In this document: piece after piece, positions 25,772-39,500 of the stretch
Layout: every line of letters begins with the position of its first letter
How positions within the stretch are numbered: position 1 is the first letter of the stretch
Assembly: GCA_016748015.1 (NCBI GenBank)
Contig: JAAOMT010000046.1
Span: forward strand, 516,273 to 580,272
DNA length: 64,000 nt
Source of the DNA: Geosiphon pyriformis uo1
Taxonomy: Eukaryota; Fungi; Glomeromycota
Reading direction: 5' to 3'
The notes under the pieces: model-generated
The model's database searches: none
Seen by the model: only the letters and a program-made list of their open reading frames with translations
What the model was told of the DNA's origin: nothing
Translations under genes and position numbers: made by a program

Positions 25772-28700
25772 CCATCAATAATGTATCAACCACAAACCAT
25801 TCAAATACTATACTAATGACTGTGTTCAATAGAAATCAAAGGCTGAGAACCATTCAGCAAAACTGAAAATTGGCAATAATTGTTTATTAACTGATCCCCA
25901 GCATATTGCAACAACCCTTAGAGTCACATCCAAGAAATTTAGGAACTGAGTATGCCTAAAACCCAAATTCTTAGAACTATTTATAACTCCTGAAAACACA
26001 CAAATCAACAATCAAAAAACCAACTAGAAACCACAAACCAGACTTAAACTTCAAGCTCTTACAAACCAAAGCATTTTACTTGGCACATATACTGACAGAA
26101 ATGAAACTAAACTATGTTTTATAGTTGACAATAAAATAAAAAACAGCTAACACCAAATACAAAAACTGCTTATCTGAGATGGTTTTTCTTAGAACCAAGT
26201 TGGTAAAAAAATGAATGTCTAAATGTGCTTTAACCAAGCTAGGCTTCAAAAGACCTTCAATTAAAAAAAAGATGTCCAGATATTGATGGGCCTTTTTTCT
26301 TTTAACAACAGAGATAGGCAAACCACTAATAGACAAAGAAAATTTGTTTACTCTGCAATTAATAGGAATGGCTATTGTTTTGTCATTATTAATAAAAATG
26401 TTGTTAATCTGAAAAAATTCACTAGCAACATTGAGAATATATTAAGTAGCACTCTGACTGCTACCAACCCAGATTGTATTATCAACAAAGACACCAGCAA
26501 TGAAAAAAGAAGAAAATCCAGTCTGAGACTCAGCATAACCATTTCTGGAAATAAAATAAGAATTCAATCTATACCCATACACATTTTTTTGTCTCTTGAC
26601 TTCACACAAAAGAGAATCATAAAATATACACCAAAGAAGAGGAAAAAAGACTTCTCCTTGGTTCAAACCATTATGTACACAGTAATTATTCATTAATTCA
26701 AAATTAGTCATAATCCAGTTAGTATAATTTTCATGAATATTACCAAAAAATTGAATAAATTTGCTACACATTTTAATCCTGACCAAACTTTTGCTAAGAT
26801 GTTCTTAGCCAACCAAATTGTACATCTTATGTATATTCTACAAAATTAGCCAGAGCTCTTAGTTCTTCTTCAAAGCATTTTTAATTACTGAATCAATTGC
26901 AAAAATGGAAGACTAAATTGACATATTCTTTAAAACTGAAAAATTGTTTCCACAAAAAACGTCAAAAGTGCTATATGCCAATGAAATTCTGTTAGAGAGA
27001 ATTTTGGAGAGAATTTTGCAAGCTGTTTTGATCAAAACAATAGAATAAGTATTTGTTAGAACACCCTCCCATTTATACAGTTTAAGAATCATTGAAACCC
27101 AAGCCTTCTTTTAAGAACTGAATATTGATTCACTAGATAGACAAAAATTTAAAAGCACTAAAAGCATATTTAGAACCAATCTGTTATAATGTTTCCAAAG
27201 CTTATTTAATACATCTGAAAAACCAACAGCTTTGCCATTAAGCAAATCTGAAATTACACTAAACAGTTCATTAAACCCAACCAAACACATCACACTAGAA
27301 AAAGCCTCATCAAAAATGTATTTTAAAGGTTTGTATTAACAAGACCACTTATCAGAAATATTAGCAACCACTTTTTGTTTTCTAGTTTATCCTTCCATGA
27401 TTACATTCACCTTAGACTTAACCATATTAAGCTCCAAAATCAGCTCATCATCAACAACCAAATGGTTTAGAACCACTTTATAGAAAAGATGTTTCAACAC
27501 ACTTCTAATAATATGACCCTTATTCATCTCAAAACTCTTTATTCTCCTATCTATAGCAGACTTGATGTTTGCCTCATTAGCTCTCAAAAATTCAGCAAGC
27601 TTGAAAGCACAATAAAATTTTTTTATACCAAAGAGAACAGAATGAATATGATTAAAGCCCACACCAAAGTTCACAAGATCCTGAATAACTCAAGCCTTAA
27701 TATTATCCAAAAAAATCTAGCATTTCATAAGAAAAGCAAACTTGTCAGTACTTTTCTTATGAGAAGCTTTAATTATCTTCAAAACCAAAAGTTTTAGCTT
27801 ATGAAACTTAGACAATTCTTTGGTAAAAACACCATCAAAGCTCTTGAACCATCTCTTCTTGAATACCTTATTAGCTGAAAGAGTTATTATTTTGTAAATA
27901 ACATCCCACAAAGCATCCAGATTCAAGAATCTCTTAGAAGTAACAAACTCATTAAAGAACATTGCAGCATTGACTGCTATAATGTTTCTAAATTCATCCT
28001 ATTTTGCTTTATCAGCACCCTTAAAATCAAACTTCTAATGATCTCTATTAGCTTGCTTGCAAAGAGAGTTCAATTGTACATTCAACAAATTATCCAAATT
28101 CACAGACACAGAAACAGCATAATAATTGGTATTAAAGTGGTTACTGACATTCAAAACATCACAATACACCACTGTATTGATCAGATTTAAAGAAATAAAC
28201 ATGTAATCAATTGTTTTCTTAACATCTTTTGAATTTTTCTATGTAAAATCTCTTACAATTAAACTCCTTGACAAAAAATTAACCAAACCCAAATCAAGAT
28301 ATTTTTTAAAACTGGCACATCTACAGGAGCCATTTTTATTGAAATTGCCATTCAAGATTATGAAAGAAGATTCATTCACAGCCTTCATTATTACAGTCAG
28401 AGATTTTAAATTTTGTAGATTAATTCTGGAATAATCCACAAAAAATTTTTGTAATCTAATTGGTGTTCAGTATTATTAGCATAGAGAATTTAATAATATT
28501 TTATTAATCAAATACTTCAAATAAAAATCGAAACTAACAGTAGAAACATACTTTTATAAACACAAAGTTTTAGAATCCATAAAGATTCACACAACTTTAC
28601 ATAGTAGTTTTTTATTAAATTAGATTTAAAATTATGTCTTGCTTTATAATAAATGCTAAAAACTTACTCTGTTTATTTGAATCTTTTACCAGTAAATATA

Positions 28701-31700
28701 ACAAAAGTCAATTAGTAAAATGTAAGACCAAAAAAAGTCAAAGATGGCAACATGCATCAGCTAGTATTGCAGCAAAAAGAATAATGAAAATAACTAAGTA
28801 TTTTCCTAGATTAACTATATTATTTGACTTTCTAAACAATTACTCTTTATGTAAAAGACATTATAATTAGATTGTTATTAAAAGTCTTTTATTAAACAAA
28901 TTACTAAATCAAATGATTCAACTTTTTTAGATTTAGAAAAAACAAAAAAAAAGACCAAAACTTTCTAATAATAACAAGTTGTTAGAATTAGAAAAAACTT
29001 TTTCTGATTTTGGAGTCCAAGTATTCTTGCCAGATCTAATATATGAAGTTTATATAAAACAGATACAAGAGCTAAAAGATATTAATCAACAATTATTATC
29101 TGAGAATGTGACATTAAAAAAACAATTAGATGAAGTATTTAATAATCAACAAGGTCATATTAAATCTGTAACAGAAATTGCCAAAAGAGAACGAAGTAAT
29201 TTATATAATAATATAATAAGTTTGAAAAAAAATCATGAACGTTTTAGTCTAGATAGTTTTTTAGAGTATTGTCTTTTAACATGGCTTGTAAAACAAAATC
29301 CAGTTATTGTAAGATTTATTGAAACTCTTACTTATAATGAAAATAAATATCAAAATAAAAAGGAAAAACTTTTTAAGTGTGCTGTAGTAATTAATGCTAT
29401 ATACAGATCAAGGCACTTAAAATATGTTTCCACTATTAATTTAGCCACTTCAACAATCAAATATTCAATAACAAGATTGAAAATAGTCATTGATATTGAT
29501 AATCATATTATAAGTTTCAGTTGTTATAAAAAGTTTACTAACTGATTAGAAAGTTGGCTATAAAACAGTTAAAGCTTCTTAAAGAATTTTTATTTTTAGC
29601 CTTTAACAATAAACAAAAAGATCAAAAAAATTACTTAGATCATGGATATAATACAGTCATATTCAATATTGTTACGAGTTTTTTTGCTTTTAATTATGAT
29701 CAAATTAATGATATTTAAAATATAGATTCTTGGTTGTATTCTGAACTTCTTAAAAAAGAATATGAGAAATTATTTTTTTTAATTTCAGATATGATAAATG
29801 AAATTTATAAAGAACTTACTAATTATCTTACTATTATTTTAGAAGAGCTTTGTGCAGAGAAAAGTCAAGAAACAAATATGATTAATGAATTAGTACAACA
29901 TTAAAGCCAAATTAGTTCTTTAAAAAAATGCTTAGTTTGTTAATTGTCTAATATTAATAATAAGAAGTGAGTTTGTCCTACATGCCATAACAAATTACCA
30001 ACAATCACTAAGATAAATCAATTGAATAAATCAGTTAACATTGCCAAAAAACTCATTCCTTATTCTTACACATTTGAAAATACATAATTGTATCTGAAAA
30101 TTGAGGTTTATATGCCGCAATTATATGTTTCTGATCCAATAGCCATAAACCCAAACTCAATTGCCAATATTTGAAAGGTTTTTGAGCATATTGAAGAACT
30201 ATCCAGCATTAAAGATAGTAGCTGTAAATGGGTTGTAGTAACATGTGATAGAGTATCTTATTATTATGCATAAATGATTAAAAAAAACTTTTCTTGGCTT
30301 ATATTGGTTTTGGGTACTCTTTATAAAGAGATGAATATGCTAAAAGCATTTGTTGAGCTGAATTGAAATATTAATATAAAATACTTTGCACAATGTTAAG
30401 GATATTAGAGTGAAAGTCAACTGCAGTTTTTTTAAAAATGTCCTGATTATTATAAGTCATAAGATTTAATATGTAATATATATAGACATACAATGGCTTC
30501 TGAATTAATGTGGTTATATGTTGTTTTTAAGAAAAATTCATTTGTTGAAGGTTACTTAGAATAAGCCCAAAATGAAACAGATTTCATATTCAGGTTAAAG
30601 TATGAACAAGTCTTTTTTTATTTACAAACAATTACTAACTTTTGTACTGAAGTTCATTTTAATAGGTTTTCATTAAAACTTGCAGCTAGACAAATGTTTG
30701 TACCAATTTGGTCTGCTTGGTGCTATCTTATTTACCAATTAATTAAAATTGCTGATAAAGAACAATAACTATGATTGAAGCCTAAAGTTTGCAAGCTGAT
30801 TCAAGAAAGAATTGTAATTTCTTGATCTAAACTTTCAAATTAACATTAAGACTATGATACAATATTTGAAGAAATTAACAAAATACTCAAATCATTGATT
30901 TTTTCTACACCTTCACAATGACATTGAGAAATTGCAGTGCATAATTATATTAAATTTGAGAGATTGTGTACTAACTTCTTTAATGTTATTGGATATTTTA
31001 AAAGTAAAATATACAGGTCTTGTATACATTGTTATCAGAAGTTTTTGGTCTCTTTTTTTGAATGTTGTTAATATTTGTCTGTTGCTACTTTCATGTTTTT
31101 TGAAAGCAATTGAACCTCTAATAACTGAATTTATTTTTAAATTATCTCCTATAATTTAAACTGCTAAGCTTATAAATAAAATGGCCAATTCTGTGCCAGT
31201 TACTTTGTGTAGTTATGTTGTAGTAAATGTTAACTCTTTCTCAGAAATTGCTTGTCTGGAAGCTTACTAAAAATATGTAGTTATTTTGCTGTGAAAGTCA
31301 ACTCTTCTACAGGAATCTTATCTGTAGGCTACTCTAATAATTATGATAAAAAAAAAACAGAAAAATAAAAAAAATGTAAAAAAAATAGAATTTTGTTAAG
31401 AGAAACGTTTTCTATCTAGGCCTAAAGTTACTAACAGATTACTGAAATTGGTAATTAATCAATTTCAAAATGTTAGTTGTGTTGAAGGAATTTCAAGTAC
31501 AATAATCAAAAGATTTGGTTTTTAAATATTTAATTTTTATTTGAATGTGTAAAAAATAATTTGTTCTAATTAAGATATTTAAAGTAACATATTATGTTAA
31601 GATACTATGAGAAGATACATTTTCTTGAAAAAAAAGCTTTTCTTTTATACAACTTGTTATAGTACTAATCTTTGAACTTGCACTTTTCTTTTTGCTGCAA

Positions 31701-32049
31701 TTTGGGTGAACTAAAGATACATTTCGGCAAATTACAAGTTATTTCACTGAACTATTGATTATTTCGGCCAATTTTCATTAATTTTGGCGAATTTTGACTA
31801 TGTTAAATGGTTCAGAGTATTGTGTAATTTGATCATCTTACTTTCTATAATACAAATTGGATTATTAATTGAGTAATAATATTTGATAATTTGATTAAAT
31901 AATAAGTGATATTCGAAATAATAATAATATATGCTAATTAATAATAAGAATTATGGGAGTAATTTATGCTAATTAATAGCTAAAATTCTACTGGTAACAT
32001 AATTTTTTCCTTAAGACTGAGTTCCATCAAAGTTCAAGCACTATCTGTG

Positions 32050-32700
32050 ATATTAAAATAGTGGTCCAAAATAATTAAAGTGATTTGGTCTAAAAATTGT
32101 TAAAATTTCAGTTCTATAAGCTTTCCAATGTATTGAATCTTTATTAGATAAAGTATTGGATTTTGTAAAATATTTTTACAAGTGTTGAATAACTCATAGA
32201 GTCTAAATGCTGCTCTAAGTTTGTAGTGAGTGTTTGTTAGTCTGGCTGCTGTCTTGAATTCATTGTGAATTTGTTTTTGTATAGCTTTTAGAGTAATGTT
32301 TATTGTTTCAAGTTCTAGTTTTTGTTTATAAAGTGTTTTTCCAATATGAAAATATCTATATATAAGGGTATGTTTATTGTTCTGTTTGTTGAAGAATAGT
32401 AGAAGTTTTTGTTAAATTGTGGCATTTGGTGAAATGTCAATAGGGGCAGATAAAAAGTTTTCTTTTAGTGCTTGCTTCAAAAGTTTTGGTAATTGATTTC
32501 CAGAGTAACTTCTTGTTATTTTCTATAAGAGTGATAATTCTGGGAATTATTTTCTACTAGTGCTGTGGTTTTTTTTTGAGTATAATTAATTTGATTTCCA
32601 TTAATTATTATGAATAGATCAAGAAGTGTTTTCAAAGCTAACATTAATTTTTGGAATATTTGTTGAATATTTCGAAGAATAATCATGATAATTGACTAAT
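32050..32700 (-). pseudogene. Extra ORF (ORF3) between integrase and 3' LTR of Gypsy-A
   Basis: Stop-free stretch of ~100 codons at ~32100-32410 (…LIYRYFHIGKTL…AAFRLYELF…ILQNP…IQYIGKL…), similar to the same position in family B. Confidence 0.55.
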
Positions 32701-35700
32701 TAATAAACAAAATTTTTAAAAAAAATAAAGAAAATTATTTTTGGATATGGGGTTTTTATTTGTTTTTAGGTTTGAATGTTTCTTGTAATTATTTACTATT
32801 TTTGTTTTATATTTTGTGTATTTTAAAGGAGTTATTATAAAAATGTTAAATTAAATGTTTAAGTTTAATTGTTGTTCTATTATAATTATTGGTTCTAAAT
32901 TTCAGAGAATATCTTCAGGATTAATTAGAGGAGAATGTGTACCAATTTGTGGAATTAATGGTTCAGGATTGTTTCTGGAATGATAGTATTTTAATCAATC
33001 TCCATGTACAACTTTTGCTAGTACTTTGTCATCAAGTCTTAACTTGTATGATCTATTGCCTAGAATTTCATAAATATAAAATGGTCCATCCCATTTATGT
33101 TCAAATTTTCCACTCCATTGTTTTTTAATCTTAGTTCTGTGTAAGAGAACTTTATTTCCCACTTTAAATTTGTTAGTAACTGGTGACAATTTGTTGTTAT
33201 GTCTTTCTTTTTGTTGGGCTTAAGAGTGTTTAATATGAATGGCTGCTATGTGTTTTTTTTTTCAATATACTAAAAAGAGTGTAGGCTCTTTTTTGGAGTG
33301 TTTTTTGAAAGTTTTCTTCATTGGTTGGTTGTACTGAATATGTTTTTACTGTAAAATTAATTGGCAATGTTGCTGTCTTTTCATAAGTAAGATCAAATAG
33401 TATGTGTTTCATAGTATCTTGTTTTAGTGTTCTGTATGCTAATAACACTGATGGAATAAAAATATCCCATTCCTGCTCAAAATCTGTTGAGACTTTGGCT
33501 AAAGATTCACACAATGTTCTGTTGAAACGTTTTACAAGTCTATTTGTTTGAGGATAATAAAGTGATGATAGAGGTCTTTTGATATTGAATCATTCACAAA
33601 TTTCTTGTATCAAGTTGTTCACAAAATGTGTTCTTTGATCAGATAAGAGTTCAATTGGGCATCTATGTCTACAAATAATGTCTTCATAAATGAAATTTGC
33701 TACTGATTTTGCATCTGTTCTTTGAATGGCTCTAGTTTCAGGCCATTTGGTAAGATAATCTACTGCAACTGCAATATAACAATTTTTTTGGGTTGTGATA
33801 GGTAATGGTCTGACTAAATCAATTCCAACTTTGTCAAAAGGTTGTTCAACTTTGATTGGATTTAAAGATTCTGTGGGGTGAGTTCCTTCTCTTTTTTGAC
33901 AACTATTACAAGATTTTATATATTGTTGAATGTCTTTTTACATATAGGACCAAAAATAATGTTTAAGAGTTCTTTGAATTGTTCTATCTCTTCCCAAGTA
34001 TGCTGAAGATAGATTTGTGTGTATGTTGTATAGGATTGTTTCTTTTTCATTTTACTGTACTAACTTGAGTAGTTGGTTTGGGTTTTTGTGATTTTTGTAA
34101 TAAATTTTGTTGTAATGTATAAAATATTGTTTGAATTGGTGTTGTAATCGATGTTTTTCACTTGGAGACCAATTTTCTGGCATGATAAGAGTCTCCAAAT
34201 AGTTTTTAAAGTTGTTGTAATTTCTGAGATTCATTGTTGTTTTGTTGTTTTGTTGGTAGTAATAAGTTGTAGTGAATTTGTTGATAGTGTTAATCTTGTC
34301 TTATTTTTGAAAGGCTATCAACATTAGTGTGTAGTTTTCTTGGTTTGTGGTGTACAATATATTTGTAGTCTGCTAGAAAATTATTCTATTGAGACTGTTT
34401 GGCACTTTGTTCAGTTTTTTTTTTATTGAGCCATTTAAGACCAATATTGTCAGTTATGATGTCAAATTCTTTTCTATTCTTTAGGTATTGTTGAAAGTGT
34501 TTAAGAGCCCAAATGACTATAGCAGCTTCTAATTCAGTTGAGCCATATTTGAATTCTGTAGATTTGAGTGTTTTATTGGCATAAGCAATAACTTGCTCCT
34601 GGCTATTTTCATTCAATTGTGATAGAATGGCACCAAATGTTATGTGTGAAATATCAGTGGCTAGTTAAAACTGTTTGTTAAAGTCTGGGTAAACAAAAAC
34701 TGAGGCTGTTGTCAATTTTGTTTTGAAAATTTTAAAGACTTTCTGCTGTTCTTTAATCCATTGATATAGCATGTTTTTGTTGATAAAATAATTGAGTGGT
34801 TTGGCAATTTCTGATGAATTTTTAATAATAAGAGGTTAATTCTACAAATCTTTGTAGTTCTGTGGTATTTTTGGAAGTTTAAAAGTTTTTGACAGCACTA
34901 ATTGTTTTCAGATTTGGTTTGGCTCCATCTTTGCTGACAATATGTCCAAAAAAGATTAAACTTGTTTTTCCAAAGTGACACTTCTTAATGTTCAATTTCA
35001 ATCTTGCTTTCCATAATTGTTGAAAAACTTCTTACAAGTGGATAAGATGAGCTTTAAAACTTGGTGAGTACACATTAGTATTATCAAGATAGACAACTAC
35101 TAACTGTCATAAAAATACTTCATATACAACATCCATAAATTGCTAAAATGTTGTTGGTGCATTATAGAGTCTAAAAAGCATAACATTGAACTCATAGTTT
35201 CTTTCTTGGGTGGTAAATGCTGTTTTGGATCAATTTTTTGGGTCTATTTTGACTTGTCAGTATCCACTTTCCAAGTCTAAAGTTGAGAAGAACTTGGCTT
35301 TTCCTAGAGCATCTAAGATGTCATTAATTTTTGGAAGAGAATAGGCATCTCCAATTGTCATGCTATTGAGTTGACAATAATCTACACAGAATCTGATTTT
35401 TCTATTTTTCTTTTTAACAAGAACTACTGATGAGACCCAAAGACTTCTTGATGATTGAATCAATCTGTTATTGAGCATTTTTTGGACCTCTTCTTTTATA
35501 AATTGGTGGCTAGCAGATGGAACTTGATAAGCTTATTGTTGTTTTGGTAAAGCATCTTCTGTATGGATTTAATGTTGAATAATATCAGTTTTTTTCAGAT
35601 CATTGTTGTTTTTTGCAAATATATCTGCAAATTCAGCTATTAGCTGTTTCAATTGTCTTTGTTGTTGGGGTTCTAAGGGACTCATGTTGATTCAAGAGAG

Positions 35701-36099
35701 TTTTTTTTCCAAAAAGTGGTAGTTTTCAGTAATAAGGATAATATTTGGATTTGGAAGTAGAGTATGTCTTACAATTTCGATAAAATTAAAGACAATTTGG
35801 AAGTTTTTATCTTAAAAGATATTATTGTGTATGATTCCAATCTCTGATTTGTTCAATAAAACAATAAGAGTAATTATTGGGATTGTAAAATGTAACTTGA
35901 AATTTTTTTATTCCTTTGGAAATATAAACATTTAGGATTGAGATTTTATGCTTTAAACAAATTTGTTTATTGGATTCAAAGATTTGTTGAATAGTGATGG
36001 GTTTTGAGCAAGTGTAAATTTCGTGATGTTTTCCAAAAGATGAAATCTGGTGAGATTTATTCTGTGCATTGAGAACTATATTTACTGGAGCTGTAAATC

Positions 36100-36500
36100 A
36101 TTCAGTTGAACCAAAATCTTGCATTTTTCTTTTACTTTTTCCTAATTGTTCTCTGTTGTTAACTGATTGTAAACTCAAAATGTTAATTAAGAGTAAGTAA
36201 ATTGCTTGGGCAATTTTTTTAGCATGTTCAATTCTGAATAGTTTGTTTGTTTTATTTTGTAACATAATAGTAATATCTCCAGTATATCCTGCATCTATGA
36301 CTCCTTCTCTAACATTGATTTCTTTGCTTGCCAATGATGATTGGAAAGCAATTTGGACCATTGCTCCTAGTGGTATTTTAAGAGCAATTCTGAGATTGAT
36401 TTTGGTTAAAGATTTTGGTTGGAGAACCAAAGTGTCTTTGCCAGAATATTTTAGATTATATCCTGTATCAATTTCGTGGGCTTTTTTTGGTTTTATTCTT
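36100..36500 (-). pseudogene. dut: dUTPase domain in Gypsy-A copy 1 pol
   Basis: Trimeric dUTPase motifs: DTGYNL, (R)SSLA, GVIDAGYTGDI, IAQ, KRKMQDFGST. Confidence 0.9.
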
Positions 36501-39500
36501 TTTCCATTGTTGTTAAAGTATTTGAATTGTATAGCAGATTGGTTTTTAGTAAGATAAATTGAAGTTGTTGTAATTTCTTCTTCTGGCTTAGGTTCTCCAA
36601 ACTTAATTTTTTTTTGGTCATTTTTGTTGGGTAAGAGAATACTAAGCACATAGCATTTTGAACACTATTTATTATTACAAGGCATGATGTATTCTTCACA
36701 CAATTGAATATTTATCTGCTCTAATCATTGAATTTGAGCTTCTTGAGTCAGATAAGTGTGACTTGCAATTTGGTGATATGTTTTTACTTTATCTTTGTAG
36801 TTGAATCTAGCTAATTCTATTATATACTCAATGTATTCTGCTTCTTTTATTTGGTGGACATCTTTTTGTGTGGCTCCATTAATTAAAGTTATTGCTAGGT
36901 CAAAGATTATTTCAGCATCATAAGAGTAGTGGTAAAGTTTGTTGAGAGCACTGTTGTATGTTGTATTAAAAAGTGTTCCTCTTCTGACTTTTTCTGAGAT
37001 TGATAGAGCATATTGACAGGTTTGATCACATACTCCTCCTTTTATTGCAACATCAATCTAGTTGTATTCTTCTGGTGGCATATCTTCATATGTGAGACAT
37101 GGAGTGTTGTCCTATTTTCCACTTCTTTTGGGATATTCAAATCGTTTTCTATGACATGCTTTACAAAAGTAGCAGATGCAAGTTTCATATTCTTCTTCTG
37201 GAGAAATACATGCTCCCATTGATGAAAGTTTTTTGTTACAATCTTTGCATTTAAGTGGGATGTAGGGTGGTTGTTTTCATGATTCTGGTGTAGAATATCT
37301 AACTACATTCTATTCTCTGGTCTTTTCAAAAATTTCTTGTTCTGTTTCCTTGGCCCAACTGGATGTTGATCCAAGAGCCATAAAAGTTTCAGTAATTGGT
37401 AGTTTTTTTTTATTTTTAAATTCAAATACTGGAGCTTTTTTGGATTTTTTATTAAAAGTACCACAAGTAACAGATACTCTAGTGTATTGTCTTTGGTATA
37501 AAATCTTCATTTCTTGGGTTTTCCAATTTAAATTTGCATTGGCCTTGAAAAGCCAATTATTTCTGACAAGAGCTTAATATTGTAGTGCATCCATGACTAA
37601 AACTTTAACTGGAATGGTAATTCCATCAATTGTAAATGGAAAGTTGTCAATTTCTTCTACTGGTGTCTTTTTCATTCTATCTGCTGTAACAATAACAGTT
37701 TGGGCTGGTCTGTCAACCGTTTTTTGAAGCTGTTGCATCAATTGGTAGGTGATAATACTTCCAGCTGATCTACTGTCTAAAATTAACTGAATTGGTTTTC
37801 CTTCAACTTTAGCTTTAGTATACATTGTTGTAATTGCTTTTTGTTCATTGACTGCTGTATTGCTAAGCAAGAATGGTAATTCATTGGCTTCAAATTCAAA
37901 TGAAAATATATTTAAGAGGTTGGCATTTTGAGCAATTTGAGCTGATGAAATAGTATTGTTAGAAGAGTTTGATCTTAATGTTGCAACTTCACCTTCAGAA
38001 AGTGCAGTTTGTTGAAAATCCGATTCTTCAGGTATTGTAAGATAACTGGGTTGAATGTAATAGTAATTGAGTCTTTGCTGACCAGAATTTTGGAGAACTA
38101 ATTGGTTGTTTAAATTGATTTTGTTGTTATTGTTCTGAAATTGATTTTGAAGTGTGAATTGGTTATGTTGAATCACTCTTTAAGCTGGTACTTGATATTG
38201 TTGTGTAGGTGGTTGTTAATACTGTTGAATTGGTAGAAATTGTTGGTATTGTTGTTGTAGAGTAGGTTGATAGTAATTGGTTTGTTATTGGGGTTTTAAG
38301 AAATAGTAGACTGGTAGTGGAGGCTAATAATAAGATTGCTGTTTTGAAGAGTAGTATTAATTACTCCTGTTTTATTGGTTTTTTTGTAGCTTTCTGCAAT
38401 CTCATTTCCAATGTTCTGAAATTCCATAATAATGACAACTTTGGTTTTGACTGTTTGATAATGGTGAGTAGTTGGTTTGGTTTTGTTATTGTGGTGGCTA
38501 ATATCTTTGTGGTTGTTGCTGTTGTTGCTGGTTAATGAAATAGTTCTCAATCTTCTTTGTAAGTTGGTCAATTTTTTTTTCAGCTGCTGAGCTGGTTTCT
38601 CCAATAGCAAGATTCACAAGTTTGGTATGGTTTGTTTTTTCTATTGCCATTTCATAGTTTTTTGCATGTCTAATGGCTGTTGCTAAGTCTTCTGGGGCAT
38701 GTAAGCGAACTTTTTTGATTAACTTGTCTTTCAATCCTGCTATAAACTGATCCAAAATCTGGGCATTGGAATAGTATTCATTGGTTTCTAATTATCAAAT
38801 TCATCAAAGAAGTTTGTTAAATCTCCCAAGATAGGTTATAATAGTTTCAAATGTTTCTTGTTTGATATTTCAAAAGCAATTGTGGAAAGTGATAGAGATG
38901 TTGTTGTTAGTAAATTGTTATAAAAAAGCATTTTTAAATGCTTGCCAGTTTTCAAATGGTTCTTCTAAATTTTCAAACCATTCTTTTGCAGTTTCTTAAA
39001 AAAAGTATGAGATTGCTTTGAGCATTCTTGCTGTATTCTAACCATTTGCATCTCCTGCTTTTTGAACTTTGTCAAGCCATTCTTGAAAGCTAGTATTATT
39101 ATTTTTACCAGTAAATTCTGAAATCTTTGCAATATAAGCAGTTGACATTTCTTTTTCGTTTTCTGTAATTTTTTCTGATTCTGATTCAGTTTTTTTACTT
39201 TCTAAGTTTTCTGAATGATTATTTTTGTTTTCCTGTAAGTAATCAAGAAAATTGGTACTGGTTGATATTGGTTCTTGCTGTTGAATAGGATTTCTAAGTG
39301 ACTGAAAATCTTCTGGTCTGAAGAAACAGTTAAGTGGTGAATTTGGTGTTTGTAGTTAAGCAAGTAAAATTGGAAATGATGTAATAGAAAGTGGTAATTT
39401 AACACTGGTTCTTTGTTCAGATGTTTGTAAGTGTTTTGTAGTTGTCTTTAGTGTTTTTGAAGTATTTGGGGTGGTATTTGAGTGTTGTTTCAGTTTTTGT

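Larger units (their letters stand above)
22020..26030 (+). mobile_element. Gypsy family B copy 1, truncated (5' LTR 22020-22840, PBS, gag)
   Basis: TGTTACTCAT...TGTAACA LTR followed by TTTAGTGCTTTC (mutated PBS). Retrotransposon gag (FTTIKQ...QILNQFICGL) is homologous to 51500-53700. Ends abruptly at ~26030 against LINE sequence. Confidence 0.88.
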
